Positions 41,943-51,115 of a stretch of DNA of 64,000 nucleotides are shown piece after piece (position 1 is the stretch's first letter; each line of letters begins with the position of its first letter). Under the pieces are notes generated by a model, which saw only the letters and a list, made by a program, of their open reading frames with translations, was not told the origin of the DNA and ran no database searches. Origin of the DNA: a virus (lineage: Duplodnaviria > Heunggongvirae > Uroviricota > Caudoviricetes); IMG/VR virus record IMGVR_UViG_3300045988_161152. The stretch is one strand, 5' to 3'. The position numbers and the translations under genes are program-made.

Positions 41943-42572
41943 ATGAACATACCACCCAGGGCGACTAGGACTGTTTTTTGTGTCGGTAGCGGTCCGTCAC
42001 TCACTCGTGAGGACTGTGCTGCTATAGAAAAAACTGGCTGTTCAATCATCGCGGTTAACAATTCCTGGCAGATGTTCGATGACATTTATGCCTTATACGC
42101 CGGTGATTTGTCATGGTGGAAGCAATACGGATCCACCATACCGGGAGGGAGATTCCGCAAAGTGACAGCCAACCTGGCGGCGGCGAAATCATTTTCGTTG
42201 GAGTACAGGCGATATTGTGGACCGGCGGAAGGGGTAAATAGCGGCGCGCAGGCTATCAGTCTGGCTGCTGAATCAGGGGCTGAAGTAGTGGTATTAGTCG
42301 GCTATGACTGTTCTCTGCAAAACGGCCTTCATTGGCATGGCGCGCACCCTCAAGCACTACGGAATCCAACGCAGGTGTCTATTTCAAAATGGCAACAGCA
42401 GTTCCTGGATACCCGCAAAAAACACGCAGATTTACATATTTTGAATGCAAGTAGGAGCAGTGCAATTCAATGTTTCCCAAGAATAAATTTAGAGGCAGTG
42501 ATCGCGTTATTATCGTCGGCAGTGGCCCAAGCGCCGCAAACTTTGTTGCGCCGCGCGGAGTGCCGATTATAG
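41943..42572 (+). CDS. DUF115/CstII-like (GT-42-like) Rossmann-fold protein, paralog A
   Basis: FCVGSGPSL...IIAVN...VLVGYDCS pattern parallels the N-terminus of CstII-type sialyltransferases. Confidence 0.4.
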   Translation: MNIPPRATRTVFCVGSGPSLTREDCAAIEKTGCSIIAVNNSWQMFDDIYALYAGDLSWWKQYGSTIPGGRFRKVTANLAAAKSFSLEYRRYCGPAEGVNSGAQAISLAAESGAEVVVLVGYDCSLQNGLHWHGAHPQALRNPTQVSISKWQQQFLDTRKKHADLHILNASRSSAIQCFPRINLEAVIALLSSAVAQAPQTLLRRAECRL

Positions 42573-43096
42573 CGGTCAATGGGGCCATCGACTGGCTTAA
42601 CCGCGCTTCTTATTTTTTCACCCTTGATCCATCCCCAGACAATATGCGGCGCGTTGGTCGTGGCCGCCGTCGCCGTGGTGTTTGTTATTGCATGGCACTA
42701 CCCGATGTTAAAGAACGTGAAGTCAGAGATGGCGTTCTGTGCTTCCGTCGTGTGGCTGAACGCGGCATGGAGCCAAAAAATACGAATTCTCCCGAGTGGT
42801 GGGCGTGGCGCTGGTCCGCACATTTCGGCCTTTGCGAAGATGAGAATGAAATTGCCAGCGGCAATAGTGCATATGGTGCTCTGAACCTGGCTTTCCATAT
42901 CGGATTCAAACATGTAGCTCTGGTGGGCGTTGACGCTACGCAAGAACTACGCGTTCACTCCGGCGGCACGCCAAAAAATCTAAGTCACCTGCCTTTGTTA
43001 TTCCAGTCTGCGCGTGAACAGATTGACGTTGTTTCATGCGGGAAAATGGGAGGTATTCCGCAGATGACTCTTAAAGAATGGCTGAAGAATACATGA
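42470..43096 (+). CDS. DUF115/CstII-like (GT-42-like) Rossmann-fold protein, paralog B
   Basis: IIVGSGPSA...IIAVNGA...ALVGVDAT; paralogous to preceding ORF, overlaps it out of frame. Confidence 0.4.
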   Translation: MFPKNKFRGSDRVIIVGSGPSAANFVAPRGVPIIAVNGAIDWLNRASYFFTLDPSPDNMRRVGRGRRRRGVCYCMALPDVKEREVRDGVLCFRRVAERGMEPKNTNSPEWWAWRWSAHFGLCEDENEIASGNSAYGALNLAFHIGFKHVALVGVDATQELRVHSGGTPKNLSHLPLLFQSAREQIDVVSCGKMGGIPQMTLKEWLKNT

Positions 43097-43770
43097 TGGC
43101 ACCCACAATTTATCACCGTATCGACGGTACCAAATACAGGAATGTCTGGGTTGTTGGTGATCTGCATGGTTGCTACACCAGACTGATGTCCGAACTCCAT
43201 CGTGTGGATTTTGACCCGGCGCAGGATTTACTGATATCGGTCGGCGACCTTATCGATCGCGGTACTGAAAATGTCGAATGTCTGGAACTATTGCAGATGC
43301 CCTGGTTCAGGGCAGTGATGGGGAACCATGAGCGGCTGATGATTGATGCGTTAAGTCCAGATGGCAACGTGAATAACTGGCTAATGAATGGCGGACAATG
43401 GTTCTTCATGCTGGACACTGATCAGGAAATATTAGCCTGGGCGCTGGTGGAGCTGGTAAAGCGTCTGCCCTATATCATTGAGCTGAACACCGGGCAAGAA
43501 ACTATCGTTATAGCCCATGCCGACTATCCGGATAATGAATACCAATTCGGTAAGGAGGTACCGCTTTTCAACGTTGTCTGGGCGCGCGAGCGTATCAGTG
43601 ATTCGATGGATGATATTGGTGGCGAAATTTCGGGCGCAGATCGTTTTATCTTTGGCCACACTCCGGTGAAAAGCCCGAAGACATTCTGGAATCAGCAGTA
43701 TATCGACACTGGTGCCGTATTTTGCGGAAACCTGACATTGATGAAAGTGAAAGGTGATGGTGCAGCATGA
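43078..43770 (+). CDS. ppp: Ser/Thr protein phosphatase (lambda-PPase-like metallophosphoesterase)
   Basis: GDLHG, GDLIDRG, GNHE motifs. Confidence 0.8.
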   Translation: MAEEYMMAPTIYHRIDGTKYRNVWVVGDLHGCYTRLMSELHRVDFDPAQDLLISVGDLIDRGTENVECLELLQMPWFRAVMGNHERLMIDALSPDGNVNNWLMNGGQWFFMLDTDQEILAWALVELVKRLPYIIELNTGQETIVIAHADYPDNEYQFGKEVPLFNVVWARERISDSMDDIGGEISGADRFIFGHTPVKSPKTFWNQQYIDTGAVFCGNLTLMKVKGDGAA

Positions 43771-44468
43771 AGATTGCTTTAGTTTTTCGCTCTGGTGGTG
43801 ACTATAACGCTTCCGATGTGCAGTGGCTGGTTAATCAACTGCCAAAAGGCTATGAAATTATTTGCCTGACAGACCTGAAGCGTTTACATGTACCTGGCGT
43901 CAAAGTTGTCCCATTGATCAACCAGTGGCAAAAGTGCCGTGGCTGGTGGGCGAAAATCGAGTTGTTCCGACCGGATATAACCGATGATCTGTTCTATCTG
44001 GATTTGGACACGGTTATTGCCGGTGATATACGCCCAATCCTAGAGCATCCACCAACCAGCTTCACCATGCTTAGGGATTTTTACCATCCACAATATCGTG
44101 GCAGCGGTGCCCTGTGGATACCAAATAGTGTTAAAGCGCATATCTGGAGTTCATTCTGGCAAGATCCGGAAGGTTGGATTTCTCGTTGTGTCACTACTGA
44201 GTGCTGGGGTGACCAGGGGTTCTTACGAAAGGTTATGGGCGATGATACACCAGCATTTCAGGATCTGTATCCAGGATGGTTTGTAAGTTACAAGGCCGAT
44301 GTTGTGGAACCTGGTTCAAAATATGCGAGCGCGCGTTACTCCAGGGGGAATGGGGCATTACCAAAAGACTGCCGAATAATCTTTTTCCACGGCAAACCGC
44401 GACCTCGCGAAGTGTCAGAGGATTGGCTTCCCCTTATCAGCTCATTTTTTGAGCGAGAATCAGAATAA
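43767..44468 (+). CDS. putative nucleotide-sugar transferase-like protein
   Basis: 233 aa; DxD-like LDLDTV; weak assignment. Confidence 0.3.
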   Translation: MKIALVFRSGGDYNASDVQWLVNQLPKGYEIICLTDLKRLHVPGVKVVPLINQWQKCRGWWAKIELFRPDITDDLFYLDLDTVIAGDIRPILEHPPTSFTMLRDFYHPQYRGSGALWIPNSVKAHIWSSFWQDPEGWISRCVTTECWGDQGFLRKVMGDDTPAFQDLYPGWFVSYKADVVEPGSKYASARYSRGNGALPKDCRIIFFHGKPRPREVSEDWLPLISSFFERESE

Positions 44469-44469
44469 T

Positions 44470-44536
44470 ATTGCTCTAATAATTCCATATTTTTAAAACG
44501 TGATGTACACTCATCACGTTTTTTATTAGAGCAATC
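44470..44536. promoter_or_regulatory. pair of inverted C1 operator-like sites flanking an intrinsic terminator
   Basis: attgctctaataattcc (44470-44486), hairpin AACGTGATG...CATCACGTT + T-run (44497-44525), ttttattagagcaatc (44520-44536). Confidence 0.55.
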
Positions 44537-44769
44537 TACAAGGTGCACTATGTGGCCATTCCGACGGAAATATCACTACTGGCTGATCGCCTTTGTTACG
44601 CCGACCGGCGGTATCAGGCATGTCATCACCAGGTATCGCAACAAGAGACTCACCTTAGCCAGAATTTTACAGGCTGCCATAGGTGAGGGACTGGATACAA
44701 ATTGCGTAGTCCTTCCTCCTTCATACTTAGGAAAAATGACCGAAGCACAAGCTAATACGGAACTTTGAA

Positions 44770-46032
44770 ATGAGCACTTCAGCACAAAACCAATCAATCG
44801 AAAATGTATCTATCCCTGACGTCCTGAATGCCGGTATCCCGGCCATTATCCAGAACATCCGGGCCGCGCAACGCCGCGTTAGTTGTGATGACCTCACAGC
44901 GCGTTTTTTTGATAATGCGGTTCAGTCAGCGGAGATGCTTCACGCACAGCTTATTGATGTTTATAACGCAGAAGCTGATAGCCATAACTCCCTGGTAGAT
45001 GCAGCTGAAAATATGCAGTTGGATCTCGGTCTGAAGGGTAAAGAAATTGAAGAGCTTCAGCTGGAAATTGAACATTTGAAACGCCAGCAACAGGACGCGA
45101 TCGACGATGCGACGCATGACGCCAACCAGCGTGCTGATAATGCCGAACGTATAAGCATTGAGCTGGAAACAAAACTCAATGAAATGACCGCGATGGTTGA
45201 ACTGCGGAACTCACAGATTTCAACGCTAAAATCTCAATATAAAGAGATCATGAAACTTGATCCTTTTAACCTTGAGAAACGCTATAACAAAGCTAAAAGC
45301 GAGCGACAGGAACTGCGTAAGCAGGTCGCCGACCTTAACCAACAGCTCAAAAAAACTATTAAAGATGCAAGCGAAGCGCGCGTGGCATTTGCTAATAAAA
45401 AAGCAGAGGTTACCGCGCTGGTTAATGAGAATGCCAAATTTGCGACGCTCAAGAAGGAAATGTATGGCATTACTGAGCACCGTTTCCCTGCAAGCAAACT
45501 TCATCCGACGTTAGGGCAAATCTCCTTCTTCCCGCGTCTCCTGGCTTATGGGATCTCATCGCCTAAAGAGTTCAATAACGAGCGTCCTTATATCGTTTCT
45601 AAGCTGGACTTTGCTTATCAGTTCTGCTGCGACATGGGCTATGCCATTGATATCCGAATCAACGAATGGTTGATGCCAAACTTCCAGCCGTTGGCAATTT
45701 TCCGCGAGTTCCAGCCGGAAGGTTGGGTAGAGTTCTTCCATGAATTGATCTGTAAAGAGATGGAAAGCCGCCGCCCGGAACTGGTCCGCCGTGTCGAGTG
45801 GGCGCAAGAGGTTATGTTGGCAGATGCAGAGCTGCCGTTCGAACCGGAATTCATTGATGATCTGGCAACTAAAGGGCTGCATACCCTGTTTGATGTGGTT
45901 ACCCGCCGTCATGAGCAGTTGGTTGTCGAATTGGGTTTAGAGGAAACTGCGGCAAGAAGACTTCTCGATGTTTGCTATGCACGTAGCGATGCATGGGAAA
46001 AAGAGAACGGCGGCACTATTTACGTTCGCTGA
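44770..46032 (+). CDS. coiled-coil protein of unknown function
   Basis: 420 aa; long heptad region 44950-45450. Confidence 0.35.
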   Translation: MSTSAQNQSIENVSIPDVLNAGIPAIIQNIRAAQRRVSCDDLTARFFDNAVQSAEMLHAQLIDVYNAEADSHNSLVDAAENMQLDLGLKGKEIEELQLEIEHLKRQQQDAIDDATHDANQRADNAERISIELETKLNEMTAMVELRNSQISTLKSQYKEIMKLDPFNLEKRYNKAKSERQELRKQVADLNQQLKKTIKDASEARVAFANKKAEVTALVNENAKFATLKKEMYGITEHRFPASKLHPTLGQISFFPRLLAYGISSPKEFNNERPYIVSKLDFAYQFCCDMGYAIDIRINEWLMPNFQPLAIFREFQPEGWVEFFHELICKEMESRRPELVRRVEWAQEVMLADAELPFEPEFIDDLATKGLHTLFDVVTRRHEQLVVELGLEETAARRLLDVCYARSDAWEKENGGTIYVR

Positions 46033-46104
46033 TAGTTACAGTGTCACTTTTAATGCTGGTGGAGTGCTCCCACCAGCATTTTTTTCGTCCAATGAGGAGG
46101 GCAT

Positions 46105-46611
46105 TTGAGTATTTTCAATAAACACGCACACCAGGAACGTCCGTACATCGTCATAGTAGATATTGATGGGACGATATCAGAGGCAACGGAAGACAGGCTG
46201 CATTTACTTCCACCACCTGGCAAAGGTGCATTAACAGAGCACTGGAACGAGTTTAACCTTGCCTGTGACACTGATGCTCCCATCACTCCAGTTATTGATA
46301 TGGTGCGCCAGTTGTCCGGCATTTACACCCTCTGGTTTGTAACCGGGCGCTGTGAGATAGCCAGGGATAAAACACGAGCCTGGTTGCGTAAGCACGTAAC
46401 AAATGGGGCTGAGCCTTTGCTATCTATGCGTCCTGCCACCGATGACAGAAATGACGGTCCAGCAAAGATTGATCTCCTTAAGAAAATTGGTCTAAGTAAA
46501 ATTGCGTTCGCGCTGGAAGATAAGATTGAAGTGGCGCGTGTATTCAGGAGGCACGGCGTGCTTACGTTAATGGTCAGGGAGTATGAAAACGCGCTTCTCC
46601 ATCAACAATAA
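46105..46611 (+). CDS. HAD-superfamily phosphatase-like protein
   Basis: TTG start with GAGGAGG SD; HAD motif I VIVDIDGT. Confidence 0.5.
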   Translation: MSIFNKHAHQERPYIVIVDIDGTISEATEDRLHLLPPPGKGALTEHWNEFNLACDTDAPITPVIDMVRQLSGIYTLWFVTGRCEIARDKTRAWLRKHVTNGAEPLLSMRPATDDRNDGPAKIDLLKKIGLSKIAFALEDKIEVARVFRRHGVLTLMVREYENALLHQQ

Positions 46612-46627
46612 TTGCTCTAATAAATAT
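46611..46627 (+). promoter_or_regulatory. C1 operator-like site ATTGCTCTAATAAATAT
   Basis: 16/17 match; overlaps stop codon of preceding gene. Confidence 0.6.
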
Positions 46628-46705
46628 TGATTTTTAAAACAGAGAAAGTGAAAATAAAAACATGCCGCAAGGCGCGGCATGTATCCAATCACAGGAGCTG
46701 AAAAT

Positions 46706-46792
46706 ATGAACACGGCATTCAAAATCATTATGGCCGCGATCTATTTCTGGCTGTTCTCTATCACTTTTGGCGGCATCGTCGCACATGGGTAA
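46706..46792 (+). CDS. small hydrophobic peptide (28 aa), not in ORF track
   Basis: AGGAG SD 8 nt upstream of ATG; MNTAFKIIMAAIYFWLFSITFGGIVAHG; ends 9 nt before next gene. Confidence 0.35.
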   Translation: MNTAFKIIMAAIYFWLFSITFGGIVAHG

Positions 46793-46801
46793 GGGGGATG
46801 C

Positions 46802-47389
46802 ATGAAAGGCGAAGTGAAAGAGCGCGGCATGATTTTTAACGATGAGATGGTCCGGGCAATTCTTGGCGGGAATAAAACACAGACTCGCAGGATTGTTGAA
46901 GAAAAATTCTATGGACGGGCAGTGGCCGCAGAGTTGCTTGCCAAGCATTGTCCATATGGTCAACCGGGCGATCGTATTTGGGTTCGCGAAACCTACCGGG
47001 TACATGGCAAAGCGACGGACGTCGCAACGCTGGTTTATCGCGCAAGCGTGCGTAACTCCTGGACAGAACAAACGCACCGGGTTCCGGTCGAGGTTTGTAA
47101 TAAACCAGTATCAGAAAAGTGGACGCCATCAATTCACATGCCGCGCTGGGCATCGCGCATTCTTCTGGAAATTACCAACGTGCGCGTTGAGCGGTTGAAC
47201 GATATCAGCGAATGCGATGCAAGGGCTGAGGGCGCACCAACAGAATCGACCCTCATTGGCGATAAGCATTACCCAAGTTTCCGTAGCCTATGGAAATCAA
47301 TTTATGGCGAAGATAGTTGGAACGCTAATCCTTGGGTGTGGGTAATCGAGTTTAAGCGTATTCAGGGGGCAACCAGTGAGCAAAATTAA
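46802..47389 (+). CDS. ASCH-domain protein
   Basis: AILGGNKTQTRR (ASCH motif ILxGxKTxExR) and C-terminal WVWVIEFKRI. Confidence 0.5.
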   Translation: MKGEVKERGMIFNDEMVRAILGGNKTQTRRIVEEKFYGRAVAAELLAKHCPYGQPGDRIWVRETYRVHGKATDVATLVYRASVRNSWTEQTHRVPVEVCNKPVSEKWTPSIHMPRWASRILLEITNVRVERLNDISECDARAEGAPTESTLIGDKHYPSFRSLWKSIYGEDSWNANPWVWVIEFKRIQGATSEQN

Positions 47390-48080
47390 CTATCAAGAAC
47401 TGCGCGAGGCGGCGGAACAGGCAACGCAAGATGAATGGGTAGCATATATTTTGCCGGGTCATAACGGCATTTATCCTGCGCGCACGTCTGAGGGTAGGCA
47501 TTGCGGATACTTTATTGACTGGCCTGGCATTGATGGACAAAGGAATGCTGGTGCCAATGCCCGTTATATCGCGGCTATCCCACCAAAAGTTGCGCTGGCG
47601 CTACTGGATAAAATTAAGCACCTGGAGGACACAAATATTGATGCCACATGCCGTATTGCGGAGTTTGAGACTAATCTCGCGGCGCTGGTGGCAGAGAACG
47701 CCGGGCTGAAACACGCAATGGCCGTAACTCTTGAGCATGTGTCGGTCACGGATGCAGGGCAGGCTGGTGTTGCTGCAATGATTATCAACGATGCCCTATA
47801 CCACAGCGAAACTCCAGCTACCGATGCTTTTCTGGCTGAAATTCGTGCGGAAGCACGCAACGAGGGGATTAACTATACCGCCAGCCGTCTTGCTGCTGCG
47901 TTCAATCACGGATTTATCAATAAGTCTTTGCGTGAAGTTTTCGACGTTACACGCATGATTTTGTCAGCGAAAGAAGAGTTGGCTAATGAAGCGCATCCGA
48001 TTGATGGCCTGTCTGGTGAATATGCGGAGAAATCCCTTGAAGAATGGGCGGAACAGATTCGCAAAGGAAGCAGCCAGTGA
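47376..48080 (+). CDS. paralog family member 1 (MSKINYQELREAAEQA...)
   Basis: Shares N-terminus, ATDAFLAEIRAE and C-terminal EEWAEQIRKGSSQ motifs with 48364..49077 and 49375..50064. Confidence 0.45.
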   Translation: MSKINYQELREAAEQATQDEWVAYILPGHNGIYPARTSEGRHCGYFIDWPGIDGQRNAGANARYIAAIPPKVALALLDKIKHLEDTNIDATCRIAEFETNLAALVAENAGLKHAMAVTLEHVSVTDAGQAGVAAMIINDALYHSETPATDAFLAEIRAEARNEGINYTASRLAAAFNHGFINKSLREVFDVTRMILSAKEELANEAHPIDGLSGEYAEKSLEEWAEQIRKGSSQ

Positions 48081-48367
48081 ATATCGACACGACAATAACG
48101 ATCGATACGCTCCTAAATACCGGTCTGGCACTTCTCGGTTGGCTTTACATCATGTCCCGTACATGGCGATGGCTGGGTTCCATTTTCCTAAAACAGTGGA
48201 AAAAACGGCGCAAACAGGAACTACGCCAGAAGGCATTAGAAGCGTTCTATGACGCATTTGAGCTTAGCCGCATTGAACCAGGTACAACAGCCAGGATAGC
48301 GACAAAAGGCGACCTGATGATAGTGATGTTCCGACAGGAGAGAGCAGAGAAAGGGGAATCAGCATGA
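48077..48367 (+). CDS. small membrane protein interleaved between paralogs
   Basis: GTG start overlapping upstream stop (GTGA); TM segment LALLGWLYIMS. Confidence 0.35.
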   Translation: MNIDTTITIDTLLNTGLALLGWLYIMSRTWRWLGSIFLKQWKKRRKQELRQKALEAFYDAFELSRIEPGTTARIATKGDLMIVMFRQERAEKGESA

Positions 48368-49077
48368 AATTTTCCAAATTTTCTGAGTTGGTGAATCGTA
48401 TTTTGTCCAACAACCACAGCCATCGTCGCGATATGGATGTAACAATCGTTGTTCATTCGCCTGGCAGCATTGGTTCAACACCTTCAGTTGAGGTTCAGTC
48501 AATTCACGCTGGTTTTGATTGGGATTCCGGGAAAGTGCTGATTTTCCCATCACAGCCACTGACCACGCTAACACCAGAACAGATTACTGATATCACTGAT
48601 AGTGTGCGCAAAGGTCAGTCTTGGCACGCATATCAGGAATACAAGAAGCATCAAGAGCAGTTGGAAAAATTGTCGATTGAACTGGATGCCGCAAAACAGC
48701 GCATTGCAGAGCTGGATGGTAATCGCACGGCGCTGGCAGTGGAGAATGCCTCAATGAAGCTGTTTATCAGGGGCTGTTGCTACGTGTTTGATGGCCAGCA
48801 GGATGAAATATCTGATGCGTATATCTGCGCAACAGACGGAGGGATGCCGCAAATTCCAGCCACCGACGCTTTCCTGGCTGAAGTTCGGGCGCAGGGGGTG
48901 GATGCTGCTATAGAAGCTGCAAAAAATCTGGTGGCCCAAGAATATGAGTATAAGGATTTCAAAGCGGCGCAGAGTGATTGCTGTATGCACCCTGGTTCAG
49001 ACCGGGTAGGGAAGGTTGAAATGACTGAGTGGTTAGTTGACTTTGCTGCCCAGCTTCGCAAAGGAGGCAACCAGTGA
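48364..49077 (+). CDS. paralog family member 2
   Basis: IPATDAFLAEVRAQG and WLVDFAAQLRKGGNQ shared with members 1 and 3. Confidence 0.45.
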   Translation: MKFSKFSELVNRILSNNHSHRRDMDVTIVVHSPGSIGSTPSVEVQSIHAGFDWDSGKVLIFPSQPLTTLTPEQITDITDSVRKGQSWHAYQEYKKHQEQLEKLSIELDAAKQRIAELDGNRTALAVENASMKLFIRGCCYVFDGQQDEISDAYICATDGGMPQIPATDAFLAEVRAQGVDAAIEAAKNLVAQEYEYKDFKAAQSDCCMHPGSDRVGKVEMTEWLVDFAAQLRKGGNQ

Positions 49078-49373
49078 CTGTATGTCTTATTGATAAACGT
49101 CGACGTGGGCAACAAATACCATCTGTTGAAATGCCGAATCACACATGGTTTTGCGTACTTGATATCGATGGTATGGATACGTTGGTTGACACTCGTCATT
49201 ACTGCGATACCGCAACAGCTACTCCGGCGAAAGCAAAGAAAATGGCTGCTCTGATAGAAAACTGGACTCCACCTGATGGTTGGTGCAATGGGAATGATCG
49301 AGATTGGCACGAAAAAATGAAGGGCTATATCTGCGATTTTTTACGTAAATGCAACGGCTTCAGGGTGATGTGA
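49074..49373 (+). CDS. small Cys-containing protein interleaved between paralogs
   Basis: 99-aa ORF translationally coupled on both sides. Confidence 0.3.
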   Translation: MTVCLIDKRRRGQQIPSVEMPNHTWFCVLDIDGMDTLVDTRHYCDTATATPAKAKKMAALIENWTPPDGWCNGNDRDWHEKMKGYICDFLRKCNGFRVM

Positions 49374-49374
49374 T

Positions 49375-50064
49375 ATGACCAAAATTAACTATCAGGCACT
49401 GCGTGAGGCGGCAGAACGTGCAATTCCGGCAATGGAACGCCTGTTAATGTTGCCAGTTGATGATGATCTGATAAGCGAACAGGAACTTAAAGATTACGGT
49501 GTGGATATTGATGCGCTCAACGCCTTCAAATTTCTGGCCGGACCAGAAACCGTGCTGGCACTGCTGGATGAACTGGAAAGAAACCAGCAATACATCAAAC
49601 GCCGTGACCAGGAGAACGAGGAAATTGCGCTAACGGTAGGGAGGCTTCGCGTTGAGCTGGAAGGCAAAGACAGCAAAATAGCCAATCTTACCGCCGAACG
49701 CGATGCTCTTCGTGAAGGTGAGATGGGCGACGCTAGGCATAGCAACACACGGGCCGCAGCTGATATCTACTTCCAACTGGTCGAGGAGTGCGAAATTCCT
49801 GCTGGCGGATCTCTGGTCGAGTACGTTGACGATATGCGCGAGAAGCTGGAAGCCGCAGAGAAGCGCATTGCAGAGTTAGAAAGTGGTTCTCAGGCACAAA
49901 AGTTAGTTGAAGCAATCATTGTTGCGATAGAAAACGAACAGGAAAGGCTTTTTGATGAAGATTACCTAATGGATTCGAAAGAATGCATTGACGTAATTCG
50001 TGAAGAAGTAAAGCGATGGAATGATTCCCGTGCCGCTGGCATTCGCATCAACGGAGGTGAGTAG
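49375..50064 (+). CDS. paralog family member 3 (MTKINYQALREAAERA...)
   Basis: N-terminus near-identical to member 1. Confidence 0.45.
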   Translation: MTKINYQALREAAERAIPAMERLLMLPVDDDLISEQELKDYGVDIDALNAFKFLAGPETVLALLDELERNQQYIKRRDQENEEIALTVGRLRVELEGKDSKIANLTAERDALREGEMGDARHSNTRAAADIYFQLVEECEIPAGGSLVEYVDDMREKLEAAEKRIAELESGSQAQKLVEAIIVAIENEQERLFDEDYLMDSKECIDVIREEVKRWNDSRAAGIRINGGE

Positions 50065-50239
50065 TGCGTGTGGCATGTATCGGCTTGTTACCGTACCCGA
50101 CTCGTTTTTGGGCTTCTGCGCTAATTGCAAAGCCACATGTCCTGATGGCTGACAACATCATCCCGGCACCAAAGCGCCGCCATACCGGTATTGCAGCGGC
50201 ACGACGAGCAGCAAAGAGACGCAGGAGAGCAAAGCGATG
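50064..50239 (+). CDS. small basic protein (58 aa), copy 1 of tandem triplet; not in ORF track
   Basis: GTG start after GGAGG SD; ends AARRAAKRRRRAKR; stop overlaps next ATG (ATGA). Confidence 0.35.
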
Positions 50240-50412
50240 AAAAACCGTAAGGCAAAACGACTTTTTTTACAGCGTCCTGTGCGTGTGGTGGAGCTGGTTA
50301 TTAGCAACCATAAGATAGCGGTACTCCATCCATTTGGTCAGGTGGCTTTTGCCGCAAAGCGTAAGCCTACTGCGTCACAGAACAGGCGGAAGAAAGGGTA
50401 CGCTGTAAGATG
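50236..50412 (+). CDS. small basic protein (58 aa), copy 2; not in ORF track
   Basis: MKNRKAKRLFLQRPVRVVEL...KRKPTASQNRRKKGYAVR. Confidence 0.4.
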
Positions 50413-50598
50413 AAAAACCGTAAAGCAAAGATTCTGTTAGTTCGTAGAAACGCTCCTGGCGTCTGGCAGTGGGTGAGACTCAGCAACCGACGGATGGGGT
50501 TGATGAAATATTACGGGATGATGGATTGTGGTTTTTGCAAAAAGCCCAGCGCGGCGCAAAACCGCTGGAAAAACCACTTGCGCACTAAAGGAGAGTGA
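50410..50598 (+). CDS. small basic protein (62 aa), copy 3
   Basis: MKNRKAKILLVRR...CGFCKKPSAAQNRWKNHLRTKGE; shares MKNRKAK start and C-terminal motif with copy 2. Confidence 0.4.
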   Translation: MKNRKAKILLVRRNAPGVWQWVRLSNRRMGLMKYYGMMDCGFCKKPSAAQNRWKNHLRTKGE

Positions 50599-50599
50599 T

Positions 50600-51115
50600 A
50601 TGGCGTTAACACACCGCGAACTCTGTCAGATTGCGTACAAGTTCCTTAAGCGCAACGGGTTCAAGGTTTGTTTTCATGACCGCTTTATAGCTGTAACCAG
50701 TACCGGAGAACAGCCAGATGCTATGGGATTCAGAAATTCAGCATCATGCCTGATAGAGGCGAAATGTTCTCGTGCTGACTTGTTGGCAGATAGAAAAAAG
50801 CGTTTTCGTAAAAATCCGTCTCTTGGAATGGGCGACTGGCGATTCTTTATTAGTGAGCCGGGAATTATTTCAATTGAGGATTTACCACCTGGCTGGGGAT
50901 TACTTCACGTTGTTAACGGAAGAGTACGGAAAGTACATGGGTGGCCCAAGGGTAATTGCTGTTGGGGTAATCCTGACGATAAGCCATTTACTGGAAATAA
51001 GCAGGTTGAATGCGATTACATGTTATCTGCATTAAGGCGTATGGAGTTGAGAGGGCACCTTAATGAAATATATGACGGTGTAATTGTTAATAAGAAAGAA
51101 GGAAACGCGGCATGA
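50600..51115 (+). CDS. PD-(D/E)XK nuclease-fold-like protein
   Basis: ATG 50600; PDAMGF...CLIEAKCS resembles a D...E-x-K core; weak. Confidence 0.35.
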   Translation: MALTHRELCQIAYKFLKRNGFKVCFHDRFIAVTSTGEQPDAMGFRNSASCLIEAKCSRADLLADRKKRFRKNPSLGMGDWRFFISEPGIISIEDLPPGWGLLHVVNGRVRKVHGWPKGNCCWGNPDDKPFTGNKQVECDYMLSALRRMELRGHLNEIYDGVIVNKKEGNAA

